Of a DNA stretch of 64,000 bases, positions 15,001 to 30,000 are shown in pieces. The stretch is taken from assembly GCA_964016885.1 (NCBI GenBank), contig OZ024740.1, positions 81,716,001 to 81,780,000 on the forward strand. The letters are read 5' to 3'. Both the position numbers and the translations under genes were made by a program. A model generated the notes under the pieces. The model ran no database searches, had not been told where the DNA came from, and saw nothing but the letters and a program-made list of their open reading frames with translations. Source of the stretch: Eledone cirrhosa (Eukaryota). Numbering within the stretch: the stretch's first letter is position 1; each line of letters opens with the position of its first letter.

Positions 15001-18000
15001 CGTATTTAGCCTGGGTTATGCCTTTTCATTCGTTTGGACAAAGCTCGTTGAGGAAGTAAACTCCCGTCCGCTGGCACCGAGAAGTCTTATATATTTTTAT
15101 GTGAGCTGATAGAGGACAGTTTAAGGATTTACAGAAACCCAAGAAGCTAGATTTACCATCTTTCTAGCGGGTCCGGGTATGCTTTTTACATTAATTTGAT
15201 TTATTGATTTATTGATTTTTTATCTGCGTGTCCCACATCTTCCAGATCGCAATTTTTCGGTTGTATGGTTGATTATCCACTTGTTCTATGTGTGACGGTA
15301 TTTTAACGATAGTTATAGCTCTGATTTATCTAAATTATTGAGCCCTCTGCCGCTCATATCGAATTTTGTTTATCGTGAACTCGTGCGCCGATTTTTCGAT
15401 ACTCGATTATTCTACTATATTTAGCTCTAGACATAGCTATTGACCAGTTAATTTTATTGTTCATTTTTTGTCGATTCTATTAAATGATGAATAGATCTTT
15501 TTTATTTTAACTTGTCTATTGAGCACTCTTATTCGATATGTGTATTTCCACATTTTCCTGAATATTTTTCGCGGATATAGAGGTTATCTCCCTTGCTGAA
15601 TTCCATGTGCGTATTTAGCCTGGGTTATGCCTATTCATTCGTTTGGACAAAGCTCGTTGAGGAAGTAAACTCCCATCCGCCGGCACCTAGAAGTCTTATA
15701 TATTTTTATGTGAGCTGATAGAGGACAATTTAAGGATGTACAGAAACCCAAGAAGCTAGATTTACCATCTTTCTAGCGGGTCCGGGTATGCTTTTTACAT
15801 TCATTTGATTTATTGATTTATTGATTTTTTATCTGCGTGTCCCGAATCTTCCAGATCGCAATTTTCGGTTGTATGGTTGATTATACACTTGTTCTATGTG
15901 TGACGGTATTTTAACGATAGTTATAGCTCTGATTTATCTAAATTATTGAGCCCTCTGCCGCTCATATCGAATTTCGTTTATCGTGAACTCGTGCGCCGAT
16001 TTTTCGATACTCGATTATTCTACTATATTTAGCTCTAGACCTAGCTATTGACCAGTTAATTTTATTGTTCATTTTTTGTCGATTCTATTAAATGATGAAT
16101 AGCTCCTGTTTATTTTAACTTGTCTATTGAGCACTCTTATTCGATGTGTATTTCCACATTTTCCCGAATATTTTTCGCGGATATAGAGGTTATCTCCCTT
16201 GCTGAATTCCATGTGCGTATTTAGCCTGGGTTATGCCTTTTCATTCGTTTGGACAAAGCTCGTTGAGGAAGTAAACTCCCGTCCGCTGGCACCTAGAAGT
16301 CTTATATATTTTTATGTGAGCTGATAGAGGACAGTTTAAGGATTTACAGAAACCCAAGAAGCTAGATTTACCATCTTTCTAGCGGGTCCGGGTATGCTTT
16401 TTACATTCATTTGATTTATTGATTTATTGATTTTTTATCTGCGTGTCCCGAATCTTCCAGATCGCAATTTTTCGGTTGTATGGTTGATTATACACTTGTT
16501 CTATGTGTGACGGTATTTTAACGATAGTTATAGCTCTGATTTATCTAAATTATTGAGCCCTCTGCCGCTCATATCGAATTTCGTTTATCGTGAACTCGTG
16601 CGCCGATTTTTCGATACTCGATTATTCTACTATATTTAGCTCTAGACCTAGCTATTGACCAGTTAATTTTATTGTTCATTTTTTGTCGATTCTATTAAAT
16701 GATGAATAGCTCCTGTTTATTTTAACTTGTCTATTGAGCACTCTTATTCGATATGTGTATTTCCACATTTTCCCGAATATTTTTCGCGGATATAGAGGTT
16801 ATCTCCCTTGCTGAATTCCATGTGCGTATTTAGCCTGGGTTATGCCTTTTCATTCGTTTGGACAAAGCTCGTTGAGGAAGTAAACTCCCATCCGCCGGCA
16901 CCTAGAAGTCTTATATATTTTTATGTGAGCTGATAGAGGACAGTTTAAGGATGTACAGAAACCCAAGAAGCTAGATTTACCATCTTTCTAGCGGGTCCGG
17001 GTATGCTTTTTACATTCATTTGATTTATTGATTTATTGATTTTTTATCTGAGTGTCCCGAATCTTCCAGATCGCAATTTTTCGGTTGTATGGTTGATTAT
17101 ACACTTGTTCTATTTGTGACGGTATTTTAACGATAGTTATAGCTCTGATTTATCTAAATTATTGAGCCCTCTGCCGCTCATATCGAATTTTGTTTATCGT
17201 GAACTCGTGCGCCGATTTTTCGATACTCGATTATTCTACTATATTTAGTTCTAGACCTAGCTATTGACCGGTTAATTTTATTGTTCATTTTTTGTCGATT
17301 CTATTAAATGATGAATAGCTCCTGTTTATTTTAACTTGTCTATTGAGCACTCTTATTCGATGTGTATTTCCACATTTTCCCGAATATTTTTCGCGGATAT
17401 AGAGGTTATCTCCCTTGCTGAATTCCATGTGCGTATTTAGCCTGGGTTATGCCTTTTCATTCGTTTGGACAAAGCTCGTTGAGGAAGTAAACTCCCGTCC
17501 GCTGGCACCTAGAAGTCTTATATATTTTTATGTGAGCTGATAGAGGACAGTTTAAGGATTTACAGAAACCCAAGAAGCTAGATTTACCATCTTTCTAGCG
17601 GGTCCGGGTATGCTTTTTACATTCATTTGATTTATTGATTTATTGATTTTTTATCTGCGTGTCCCGAATCTTCCAGATCGCAATTTTTCGGTTGTATGGT
17701 TGATTATACACTTGTTCTATGTGTGACGGTATTTTAACGATAGTTATAGCTCTGATTTATCTAAATTATTGAGCCCTCTGCCGCTCATATCGAATTTCGT
17801 TTATCGTGAACTCGTGCGCCGATTTTTCGATACTCGATTATTCTACTATATTTAGCTCTAGACCTAGCTATTGACCAGTTAATTTTATTGTTCATTTTTT
17901 GTCGATTCTATTAAATGATGAATAGCTCCTGTTTATTTTAACTTGTCTATTGAGCACTCTTATTCGATATGTGTATTTCCACATTTTCCCGAATATTTTT

Positions 18001-21000
18001 CGCGGATATAGAGGTTATCTCCCTTGCTGAATTCCATGTGAGTATTTAGCCTGGGTTATGCCTTTTCATTCGTTTGAACAAAGCTCGTTGAGGAAGTAAA
18101 CTCCCGTCCGCTGGCACCGAGAAGTCTTATATATTTTTATGTGAGCTGATAGAGGACAGTTTAAGGATTTACAGAAACCCAAGAAGCTAGATTTACCATC
18201 TTTCTAGCGGGTCCGGGTATGCTTTTTACATTCATTTGATTTATTGATTTATTGATTTTTTATCTGCGTGTCCCGAATCTTCCAGATCGCAATTTTTCGG
18301 TTGTATGGTTGATTATACACTTGTTCTATGTGTGACGGTATTTTAACGATAGTTATAGCTCTGATTTATCTAAATTATTGAGCCCTCTGCCGCTCATATC
18401 GAATTTTGTTTATCGTGAACTCGTGCGCCGATTTTCGATACTCGATTATTCTACTATATTTAGCTCTAGACCTAGCTATTGACCAGTTAATATTATTGTT
18501 CATTTTTTGTCGATTCTATTAAATGATGAATAGCTCCTGTTTATTTTAACTTGTCTATTGAGCACTCTTATTCGATATGTGTATTTCCACATTTTCCCGA
18601 ATATTTTTCGCGGATATAGAGGTTATCTCCCTTGCTGAATTCCATGTGCGTATTTAGCCTGGGTTATGCCTTTTCATTCGTTTGGACAAAGCTCGTTGAG
18701 GAAGTAAACTCCCGTCCGCTGGCACCGAGAAGTCTTATATATTTTTATGTGAGCTGATAGAGGACAGTTTAAGGATTTACAGAAACCCAAGAAGCTAGAT
18801 TTACCATCTTTCTAGCGGGTCCGGGTATGCTTTTTACATTCATTTGATTTATTGATTTATTGATTTTTTATCTGCGTGTCCCACATCTTCCAGATCGCAA
18901 TTTTTCGGTTGTATGGTTGATTATCCACTTGTTCTATGTGTGACGGTATTTTAACGATAGTTATAGCTCTGATTTATCTAAATTATTGAGCCCTCTGCCG
19001 CTCATATCGAATTTTGTTTATCGTGAACTCGTGCGCCGATTTTTCGATACTCGATTATTCTACTATATTTAGCTCTAGACATAGCTATTGACCAGTTAAT
19101 TTTATTGTTCATTTTTTGTCGATTCTATTAAATGATGAATAGCTCTTTTTTATTTTAACTTGTCTATTGAGCACTCTTATTCGATATGTGTATTTCCACA
19201 TTTTCCCGAATATTTTTCGCGGATATAGAGGTTATCTCCCTTGCTGAATTCCATGTGCGTATTTAGCCTGGGTTATGCCTATTCATTCGTTTGGACAAAG
19301 CTCGTTGAGGAAGTAAACTCCCATCCGCCGGCACCTAGAAGTCTTATATATTTTTATGTGAGCTGATAGAGGACAATTTAAGGATGTACAGAAACCCAAG
19401 AAGCTAGATTTACCATCTTTCTAGCGGGTCCGGGTATGCTTTTTACATTCATTTGATTTATTGATTTATTGATTTTTTATCTGCGTGTCCCGAATCTTCC
19501 AGATCGCAATTTTCGGTTGTATGGTTGATTATACACTTGTTCTATGTGTGACGGTATTTTAACGATAGTTATAGCTCTGATTTATCTAAATTATTGAGCC
19601 CTCTGCCGCTCATATCGAATTTCGTTTATCGTGAACTCGTGCGCCGATTTTTCGATACTCGATTATTCTACTATATTTAGCTCTAGACCTAGCTATTGAC
19701 CAGTTAATTTTATTGTTCATTTTTTGTCGATTCTATTAAATGATGAATAGCTCCTGTTTATTTTAACTTGTCTATTGAGCACTCTTATTCGATGTGTATT
19801 TCCACATTTTCCCGAATATTTTTCGCGGATATAGAGGTTATCTCCCTTGCTGAATTCCATGTGCGTATTTAGCCTGGGTTATGCCTTTTCATTCGTTTGG
19901 ACAAAGCTCGTTGAGGAAGTAAACTCCCGTCCGCTGGCACCTAGAAGTCTTATATATTTTTATGTGAGCTGATAGAGGACAGTTTAAGGATTTACAGAAA
20001 CCCAAGAAGCTAGATTTACCATCTTTCTAGCGGGTCCGGGTATGCTTTTTACATTCATTTGATTTATTGATTTATTGATTTTTTATCTGCGTGTCCCGAA
20101 TCTTCCAGATCGCAATTTTTCGGTTGTATGGTTGATTATACACTTGTTCTATGTGTGACGGTATTTTAACGATAGTTATAGCTCTGATTTATCTAAATTA
20201 TTGAGCCCTCTGCCGCTCATATCGAATTTCGTTTATCGTGAACTCGTGCGCCGATTTTTCGATACTCGATTATTCTACTATATTTAGCTCTAGACCTAGC
20301 TATTGACCAGTTAATTTTATTGTTCATTTTTTGTCGATTCTATTAAATGATGAATAGCTCCTGTTTATTTTAACTTGTCTATTGAGCACTCTTATTCGAT
20401 ATGTGTATTTCCACATTTTCCCGAATATTTTTCGCGGATATAGAGGTTATCTCCCTTGCTGAATTCCATGTGCGTATTTAGCCTGGGTTATGCCTTTTCA
20501 TTCGTTTGGACAAAGCTCGTTGAGGAAGTAAACTCCCATCCGCCGGCACCTAGAAGTCTTATATATTTTTATGTGAGCTGATAGAGGACAGTTTAAGGAT
20601 GTACAGAAACCCAAGAAGCTAGATTTACCATCTTTCTAGCGGGTCCGGGTATGCTTTTTACATTCATTTGATTTATTGATTTATTGATTTTTTATCTGAG
20701 TGTCCCGAATCTTCCAGATCGCAATTTTTCGGTTGTATGGTTGATTATACACTTGTTCTATTTGTGACGGTATTTTAACGATAGTTATAGCTCTGATTTA
20801 TCTAAATTATTGAGCCCTCTGCCGCTCATATCGAATTTTGTTTATCGTGAACTCGTGCGCCGATTTTTCGATACTCGATTATTCTACTATATTTAGCTCT
20901 AGACCTAGCTATTGATCAGTTAATTTTATTGTTCATTTTTTGTCGATTCTATTAAATGATGAATAGCTCCTGTTTATTTTAACTTGTCTATTGAGCACTC

Positions 21001-24000
21001 TTATTCGATGTGTATTTCCACATTTTCCCGAATATTTTTCGCGGATATAGAGGTTATCTCCCTTGCTGAATTCCATGTTCGTATTTAGCCTGGGTTATGC
21101 CTTTTCATTCGTTTGGACAAAGCTCGTTGAGGAAGTAAACTCCCGTTCGCTGGCACCTAGAAGTCTTATATATTTTTATGTGAGCTGATAGAGGACAGTT
21201 TAAGGATTTACATAAACCCAAGAAGCTAGATTTACCATCTTTCTAGCGGTTCCGGTATGCTTTTTACATTCATTTGATTTATTGATTTATTGATTTTTTA
21301 TCTGAGTGTCCCGAATCTTCCAGATCGCAATTTTTCGGTTGTATGGTTGATTATAGACTTGTTCTATGTGTGACGGTATTTTAACGATAGTTATAGCTCT
21401 GATTTATCTAAATTATTGAGCCCTCTGCCGCTCATATCGAATTTTGTTTATCGTGAACTCGTGCGCCGATTTTTCGATACTCGATTATTCTACTATATTT
21501 AGCTCTAGACCTAGCTATTGACCAGTTAATTTTATTGTTCACTTTTTGTCGATTCTATTAAATGATGAATAGCTCCTGTTTATTTTAACTTGTCTATTGA
21601 GCACTCTTATTCGATATGTGTATTTCCACATTTTCCCGAATATTTTTCGCGGATATAGAGGTTATCTCCCTTGCTGAATTCCATGTGCGTATTTAGCCTG
21701 GGTTATGCCTTTTCATTCGTTTGGACAAAGCTCGTTGAGGAAGTAAACTCCCATCCGCCGGCACCTAGAAGTCTTATATATTTTTATGTGAGCTGATAGA
21801 GGACAGTTTAAGGATGTAAAGAAACCCAAGAAGCTAGATTTACCATCTTTCTAGCGGGTCCGGGTATGCTTTTTACATTCATTTGATTTATTGATTTATT
21901 GATTTTTTATCTGAGTGTCCCGAATCTTCCAGATCGCAATTTTTCGGTTGTATGGTTGATTATAGACTTGTTCTATGTGTGACGGTATTTTAACGATAGT
22001 TATAGCTCTGATTTATGTAAATTATTGAGCCCTCTGCCGCTCATATCGAATTTTGTTTATCGTGAACTCGTGCGCCGATTTTTCGATACTCGATTATTCT
22101 ACTATATTTAGCTCTAGACCTAGCTATTGATCAGTTAATTTTATTGTTCATTTTTTGTCGATTCTATTAAATGATGAATAGCTCCTGTTTATTTTAACTT
22201 GTCTATTAAGCACTCTTATTCGATGTGTATTTCCACATTTTCCCGAATATTTTTCGCGGATATAGAGGTTATCTCCCTTGCTGAATTCCATGTGCGTATT
22301 TAGCCTGGGTTATGCCTTTTCATTCGTTTGGACAAAGCTCGTTGAGGAAGTAAACTCCCGTCCGCTGGCACCTAGAAGTCTTATATATTTTTATGTGAGC
22401 TGATAGAGGACAGTTTAAGGATTTACAGAAACCCAAGAAGCTAGATTTACCATCTTTCTAGCGGTTCCGGTATGCATTTTACATTCATTTGATTTATTGA
22501 TTTATTGATTTTTTTATCTGAGTGTCCCGAACCTTCCAGATCGCAATTTTTCGGTTGTATGGTTGATTATAGACTTGTTCTATGTGTGACGGTATTTTAA
22601 CGATAGTTATAGCTCTGATTTATCTAAATTATTGAGCCCTCTGCCGCTCATATCGAATTTTGTTTATCGTGAACTCGTGCGCCGATTTTTCGATACTCGA
22701 TTATTCTACTATATTTAGCTCTAGACCTAGCTATTGACCAGTTAATTTTATTGTTCACTTTTTGTCGATTCTATTAAATGATGAATAGCTCCTGTTTATT
22801 TTAACTTGTCTATTGAGCACTCTTATTCGATTTGTGTATTTCCACATTTTCCCGAATATTTTTCGCGGATATAGAGGTTATCTCCCTTGCTGAATTCCAT
22901 GTGCATATTTAGCCTGGGTTATGCCTTTTCATTCGTTTGGACAAAGCTCGTTGAGGAAGTAAACTCCCATCCGCCGGCACCTAGAAGTCTTATATATTTT
23001 TATGTGAGCTGATAGAGGACAGTTTAAGGATGTAAAGAAACCCAAGAAGCTAGATTTACCATCTTTCTAGCGGGTCCGGGTATGCTTTTTACATTCATTT
23101 GATTTATTGATTTATTGATTTTTTATCTGAGTGTCCCGAACCTTCCAGATCGCAATTTTTCGGTTGTATGGTTGATTATAGACTTGTTCTATGTGTGACG
23201 GTATTTTAACGATAGTTATAGCTCTGATTTATCTAAATTATTGAGCCCTCTGCCGCTCATATCGAATTTTGTTTATCGTGAACTCGTGCGCCGATTTTTC
23301 GATACTCGATTATTCTACTATATTTAGCTCTAGACCTAGCTATTGACCAGTTAATTTTATTGTTCACTTTTTGTCGATTCTATTAAATGATGAATAGCTC
23401 CTGTTTATTTTAACTTGTCTATTGAGCACTCTTATTCGATATGTGTATTTCCACATTTTCCCGAATATTTTTCGCGGATATAGAGGTTATCTCCCTTGCT
23501 GAATTCCATGTGCGTATTTAGCCTGGGTTATGCCTTTTCATTCGTTTGGACAAAGCTCGTTGAGGAAGTAAACTCCCATCCGCCGGCACCTAGAAGTCTT
23601 ATATATTTTTATGTGAGCTGATAGAGGACAGTTTAAGGATGTAAAGAAACCCAAGAAGCTAGATTTACCATCTTTCTAGCGGGTCCGGGTATGCTTTTTA
23701 CATTCATTTGATTTATTGATTTATTGATTTTTTATCTGAGTGTCCCGAATCTTCCAGATCGCAATTTTTCGGTTGTATGGTTGATTATAGACTTGTTCTA
23801 TGTGTGACGGTATTTTAACGATAGTTATAGCTCTGATTTATCTAAATTATTGAGCCCTCTGCCGCTCATATCGAATTTTGTTTATCGTGAACTCGTGCGC
23901 CGATTTTTCGATACTCGATTATTCTACTATATTTAGCTCTAGACCTAGCTATTGACCAGTTAATTTCATTGTTCACTTTTTGTCGATTCTATTAAATGAT

Positions 24001-27000
24001 GAATAGCTCCTGTTTATTTTAACTTGTCTATTGAGCACTCTTATTCGATTTGTGTATTTCCACATTTTCCCGAATATTTTTCGCGGATATAGAGGTTATC
24101 TCCCTTGCTGAATTCCATGTGCATATTTAGCCTGGGTTATGCCTTTTCATTCGTTTGGACAAAGCTCGTTGAGGAAGTAAACTCCCATCCGCCGGCACCT
24201 AGAAGTCTTATATATTTTTATGTGAGCTGATAGAGGACAGTTTAAGGATGTAAAGAAACCCAAGAAGCTAGATTTACCATCTTTCTAGCGGGTCCGGGTA
24301 TGCTTTTTACATTCATTTGATTTATTGATTTATTGATTTTTTATCTGAGTGTCCCGAATCTTCCAGATCGCAATTTTTCGGTTGTATGGTTGATTATAGA
24401 CTTGTTCTATGTGTGACGGTATTTTGACGATAGTTATAGCTCTGATTTATCTAAATTATTGAGCCCTCTGCCGCTCATATCGAATTTTGTTTATCGTGAA
24501 CTCGTGCGCCGATTTTTCGATACTCGATTATTCTACTATATTTAGCTCTAGACCTAGCTATTGACGAGTTAATTTTATTGTTGACTTTTTGTCGATTCTA
24601 TTAAATGATGAATAGCTCCTGTTTATTTTAACTTGTCTATTGAGCACTCTTATTCGATATGTGTATTTCCACATTTCCCGAATATTTTTCGCGGATATAG
24701 AGGTTATCTCCCTTGCTGAATTCCATGTGCGTATTTAGCCTGGGTTATGCCTTTTCATTCGTTTGGACAAAGCTCGTTGAGGAAGTAAACTCCCATCCGC
24801 CGGCACCTAGAAGTCTTATATATTTTTATGTGAGCTGATAGAGGACAGTTTAAGGATGTACAGAAACCCAAGAAGCTAGATTTACCATCTTTCTAGCGGG
24901 TCCGGGTATGCTTTTTACATTCATTTGATTTATTGATTTATTGATTTTTTATCTGAGTGTCCCGAATCTTCCAGATCGCAATTTTTCGGTTGTATGGTTG
25001 ATTATAGACTTGTTCTATGTGTGACGGTATTTTAACGATAGTTATAGCTCTGATTTATCTAAATTATTGAGCCCTCTGCCGCTCATATCGAATTTTGTTT
25101 ATCGTGAACTCGTGCGCCGATTTTTCGATACTCGATTATTCTACTATATTTAGCTCTAGACCTAGCTATTGACCAGTTAATTTTATTGTTCATTTTTTGT
25201 CGATTCTATTAAATGATGAATAGCTCCTGTTTATTTTAACTTGTCTATTGAGCACTCTTATTCGATATGTGTATTTCCACATTTTCCCGAATATTTTTCG
25301 CGGATATAGAGGTTATCTCCCTTGCTGAATTCCATGTGCGTATTTAGCCTGGGTTATGCATTTTCATTCGTTTGGACAAAGCTCGTTGAGGAAGTAAACT
25401 CCCGTCCGCTGGCACCTAGAAGTCTTATATATTTTTATGTGAGCTGATAGAGGACAGTTTAAGGATTTACAGAAACCCAAGAAGCTAGATTTACCATCTT
25501 TCTAGCGGGTCCGGGTATGCTTTTTACATTCATTTAATTTATTGATTTATTGATTTTTTATCTAAGTGTCCCGAATCTTCCAGATCGCAATTTTTCGGTT
25601 GTATGATTGATTATACACTTGTTCTATGTGTGACGGTATTTTAACGATAGTTATAGCTCTGATTTATCTAAATTATTGAGCCCTCTGCCGCTCCTATCGA
25701 ATTTTGTTTATCGTGAATTCGTGCGCCGATTTTTCGATACTCGATTATTCTACTATATTTAGCTCTAGACCTAGCTATTGACCAGTTAATTTTATTGTTC
25801 ATTTTTTGTCGATTCTATTAAATGATGTATAGCTCCTGTTTATTTTAACTTGTCTATTGAGCACTCTTATTCGATATGTGTATTTCCACATTTTCCCGAA
25901 TATTTTTCGCGGATATAGAGGTTATCTCCCTTGCTGAATTCCATGTGCGTATTTAACCTGGGTTATGCCTTTTCATTCGTTTGGACAAAGCTCGTTGAGG
26001 AAGTAAACTCCCGTCCGCTGGCACCTAGAAGTCTTATATATTTTTATGTGAGCTGATAGAGGACAGTTTAAGGATTCACAGAAACCCAGAAGCTAGATTT
26101 ACCATCTTTCTAGCGGTTCCGGGTATGCTTTTTACATTCATTTGATTTATTGATTTATTGATTTTTTATCTGAGTGTCCCGAACCTTCCAGATCGCAATT
26201 TTTCGGTTGTATGGTTGATTATAGACTTGTTCTATGTGTGACGGTATTTTAACGATAGTTATAGCTCTGATTTATCTAAATTATTGAGCCCTCTGCCGCT
26301 CATATCGAATTTTGTTTATCGTGAACTCGTGCGCCGATTTTTCGATACTCGATTATTCTACTATATTTAGCTCTAGACCTAGCTATTGACCAGTTAATTT
26401 TATTGTTCATTTTTTGTCGATTCTATTAAATGATGAATAGCTCCTGTTTATTTTAACTTGTCTATTGAGCACTCTTATTCGATATGTGTATCTCCACATT
26501 TTCCCGAATATTTTTCGCGGATATAGAGGTTATCTCCCTTGCTGAATTCCATGTTCGTATTTAGCCTGGGTTATGCCTTTTCATTCGTTTGGACAAAGCT
26601 CGTTGAGGAAGTAAACTCCCGTCCGCTGGCACCTAGAAGTCTTATATATTTTTATGTGAGCTGATAGAGGACAGTTTAAGGATTTACAGAAACCCAAGAA
26701 GCTAGATTTACCATCTTTCTAGCGGGTCCGGGTATGCTTATTACATTCATTTGATTTATTGATTTATTGATTTTTTTATCTGAGTGTCCCGAACCTTCCA
26801 GATCGCAATTTTTCGGTTGTATGGTTGATTATACACTTGTTCTATGTGTGACGGTATTTTAACGATAGTTATAGCTCTGATTTATCTAAATTATTGAGCC
26901 CTCTGCCGCTCATATCGAATTTTGTTTATCGTGAACTCGTGCGCCGATTTTTCGATACTCGATTATTCTACTATATTTAGCTCTAGACCTAGCTATTGAC

Positions 27001-30000
27001 CAGTTAATTTTATTGTTCATTTTTTGTCGATTCTATTAAATGATGAATAGCTCCTGTTTATTTTAACTTGTCTATTGAGCACTCTTATTCGATATGTGTA
27101 TTTCCACATTTTCCCGAATATTTTTCGCGGATATAGAGGTTATCTCCCTTGCTGAATTCCATGTGCGTATTTAGCCTGGGTTATGCCTTTTCATTCGTTT
27201 GGACAAAGCTCGTTGAGGAAGTAAACTCCCGTCCGCTGGCACCTAGAAGTCTTATATATTTTTATGTGAGCTGATAGAGGACACTTTAAGGATTTACAGA
27301 AACCCAAGAAGCTAGATTTACCATCTTTCTAGCGGGTCCGGGTATGCTTTTTACATTCATTTGATTTATTGATTTATTGATTTTTTATCTGCGTGTCCGG
27401 AATCTTCCAGATCGCAATTTTTCGGTTGTATGGTTGATTATACACTTGTTCTATGTGTGACGGTATTTTAACGATAGTTATAGCTCTGATTTATCTAAAT
27501 TATTGAGCCCTCTGCCGCTCATATCGAATTTTGTTTATAGTGAACTCGTGCGCCGATTTTTCGATACTCGATTATTCTACTATATTTAGCTCTAGACCTA
27601 GCTATTGACCAGTTAATTTTATTGTTCATTTTTTGTCGATTCTATTAAATGATGAATAGCTCCTGTTTATTTTAACTTGTCTATTGAGCACTCTTATTCG
27701 ATATGTGTATTTCCACATTTTCCCGAATATTTTTCGCGGATATAGAGGTTATCTCCCTTGCTGAATTCCATGTTCGTATTTAGCCTGGGCTATGCCTTTT
27801 CATTCGTTTGGACAAAGCTCGTTGAGGAAGTAAACTCCCGTCCGCTGGCACCTAGAAGTCTAATATATTTTTATGTGAGCTGATAGAGGACAGTTTAAGG
27901 ATTTACAGAAACCCAAGAAGCTAGATTTACCATCTTTCTAGCGGTTCCTGGTATGCTTTTTACATTCATTTGATTTATTGATATATTGATTTTTTATCTG
28001 AGTGTCCCGAACCTTTCAGATCGCAATTTTTCGGTTGTATGGTTGATTATAGACTTGTTCTATGTGTGACGGTATTTTAACGATAGTTATAGCTCTGATT
28101 TATCTAAATTATTGAGCCCTCTGCCGCTCATATCGAATTTTGTTTATCGTGAACTCGTGCGCCGATTTTTCGATACTCGATTATTCTACTATATTTAGCT
28201 CTAGACCTAGCTATTGACCAGTTAATTTTATTGTTCATTTTTTGTCGATTCTTTTAAATGATGAATAGCTCCTGTTTATTTTAACTTGTCTATTGAGCAC
28301 TCTTATTCGATATGTGTATTTCCACATTTTCCCGAATATTTTTCGCGGATATAGAGGTTATCTCCCTTGCTGAATTCCATGTGCGTATTTAGCCTGGGTT
28401 ATGCCTTTTCATTCGTTTGGACAAAGCTCGTTGAGGAAGTAAACTCCCGTCCGCTGGCACCTAGAAGTCTTATATACTTTTATGTGAGCTGATAGAGGAC
28501 AGTTTAAGGATTTACAGAAACCCAAGAAGCTAGATTTACCATCTTTCTAGCGGGTCCGGGTTTGCTTTTTACATTCATTTGATTTATTGATTTATTGATT
28601 TTTTATCTGCGTGTCCGGAATCTTCCAGATCGCAATTTTTCGGTTGTATGGTTGATTATACACTTGTTCTATGTGTGACGGTATTTTAACGATAGTTATA
28701 GCTCTGATTTATCTAAATTATTGAGCCCTCTGCCGCTCATATCGAATTTTGTTTATCGTGAACTCGTGCGCTGATTTTTCGATACTCGATTATTCTACTA
28801 TATTTAGCTCTAGACCTAGCTATTGACCAGTTAATTTTATTGTTCATTTTTTGTCGATTCTATTAAATGATGAATAGCTCCTGTTTATTTTAACTTGTCT
28901 ATTGAGCACTCTTATTCGATATGTGTATTTCCACATTTTCCCGAATATTTTTCGCGGATATAGAGGTTATCTCCCTTGCTGAATTCCATGTTCGTATTTA
29001 GCCTGGGTTATGCCTTTTCATTCGTTTGGACAAAGCTCGTTGAGGAAGTAAACTCCCGTCCGCTGGCACCTAGAAGTCTAATATATTTTTATGTGAGCTG
29101 ATAGAGGACAGTTTAAGGATTTACAGAAACCCAAGAAGCTAGATTTACCATCTTTCTAGCGGTTCCTGGTATGCTTTTTACATTCATTTGATTTATTGAT
29201 ATATTGATTTTTTATCTGAGTGTCCCGAACCTTTCAGATCGCAATTTTTCGGTTGTATGGTTGATTATAGACTTGTTCTATGTGTGACGGTATTTTAACG
29301 ATAGTTATAGCTCTGATTTATCTAAATTATTGAGCCCTCTGCCGCTCATATCGAATTTTGTTTATCGTGAACTCGTGCGCCGATTTTTCGATACTCGATT
29401 ATTCTACTATATTTAGCTTTAGACCTAGCTATTGACCAGTTAATTTTATTGTTCATTTTTTGTCGATTCTATTAAATGATGAATAGCTCCTGTTTATTTT
29501 AACTTGTCTATTGAGCACTCTTATTCGATATGTGTATTTCCACATTTTCCCGAATATTTTTCGCGGATATAGAGGTTATCTCCCTTGCTGAATTCCATGT
29601 GCGTATTTAGCCTGGGTTATGCCTTTTCATTCGTTTGGACAAAGCTCGTTGAGGAAGTAAACCCCCGTCCGCTGGCACCTAGAAGTCTTATATATTTTTA
29701 TGTGAGCTGATAGAGGACAGTTTAAGGATTTACAGAAACCCAAGAAGCTAGATTTACCATCTTTCTAGCGGTTCCGGGTATGCTTTTTACATTCATTTGA
29801 TTTATTGATTTATTGATTTTTTATCTGAGTGTCCCGAACCTTCCAGATCGCAATTTTTAGGTTGTATGGTTGATTATAGACTTGTTCTATGTGTGACGGT
29901 ATTTTAACGATAGTTATAGCTCTGATTTATCTAAATTATTGAGCCCTCTGCCGCTCATATCGAATTTTGTTTATCGTGAACTCGTGCGCCGATTTTTGAT

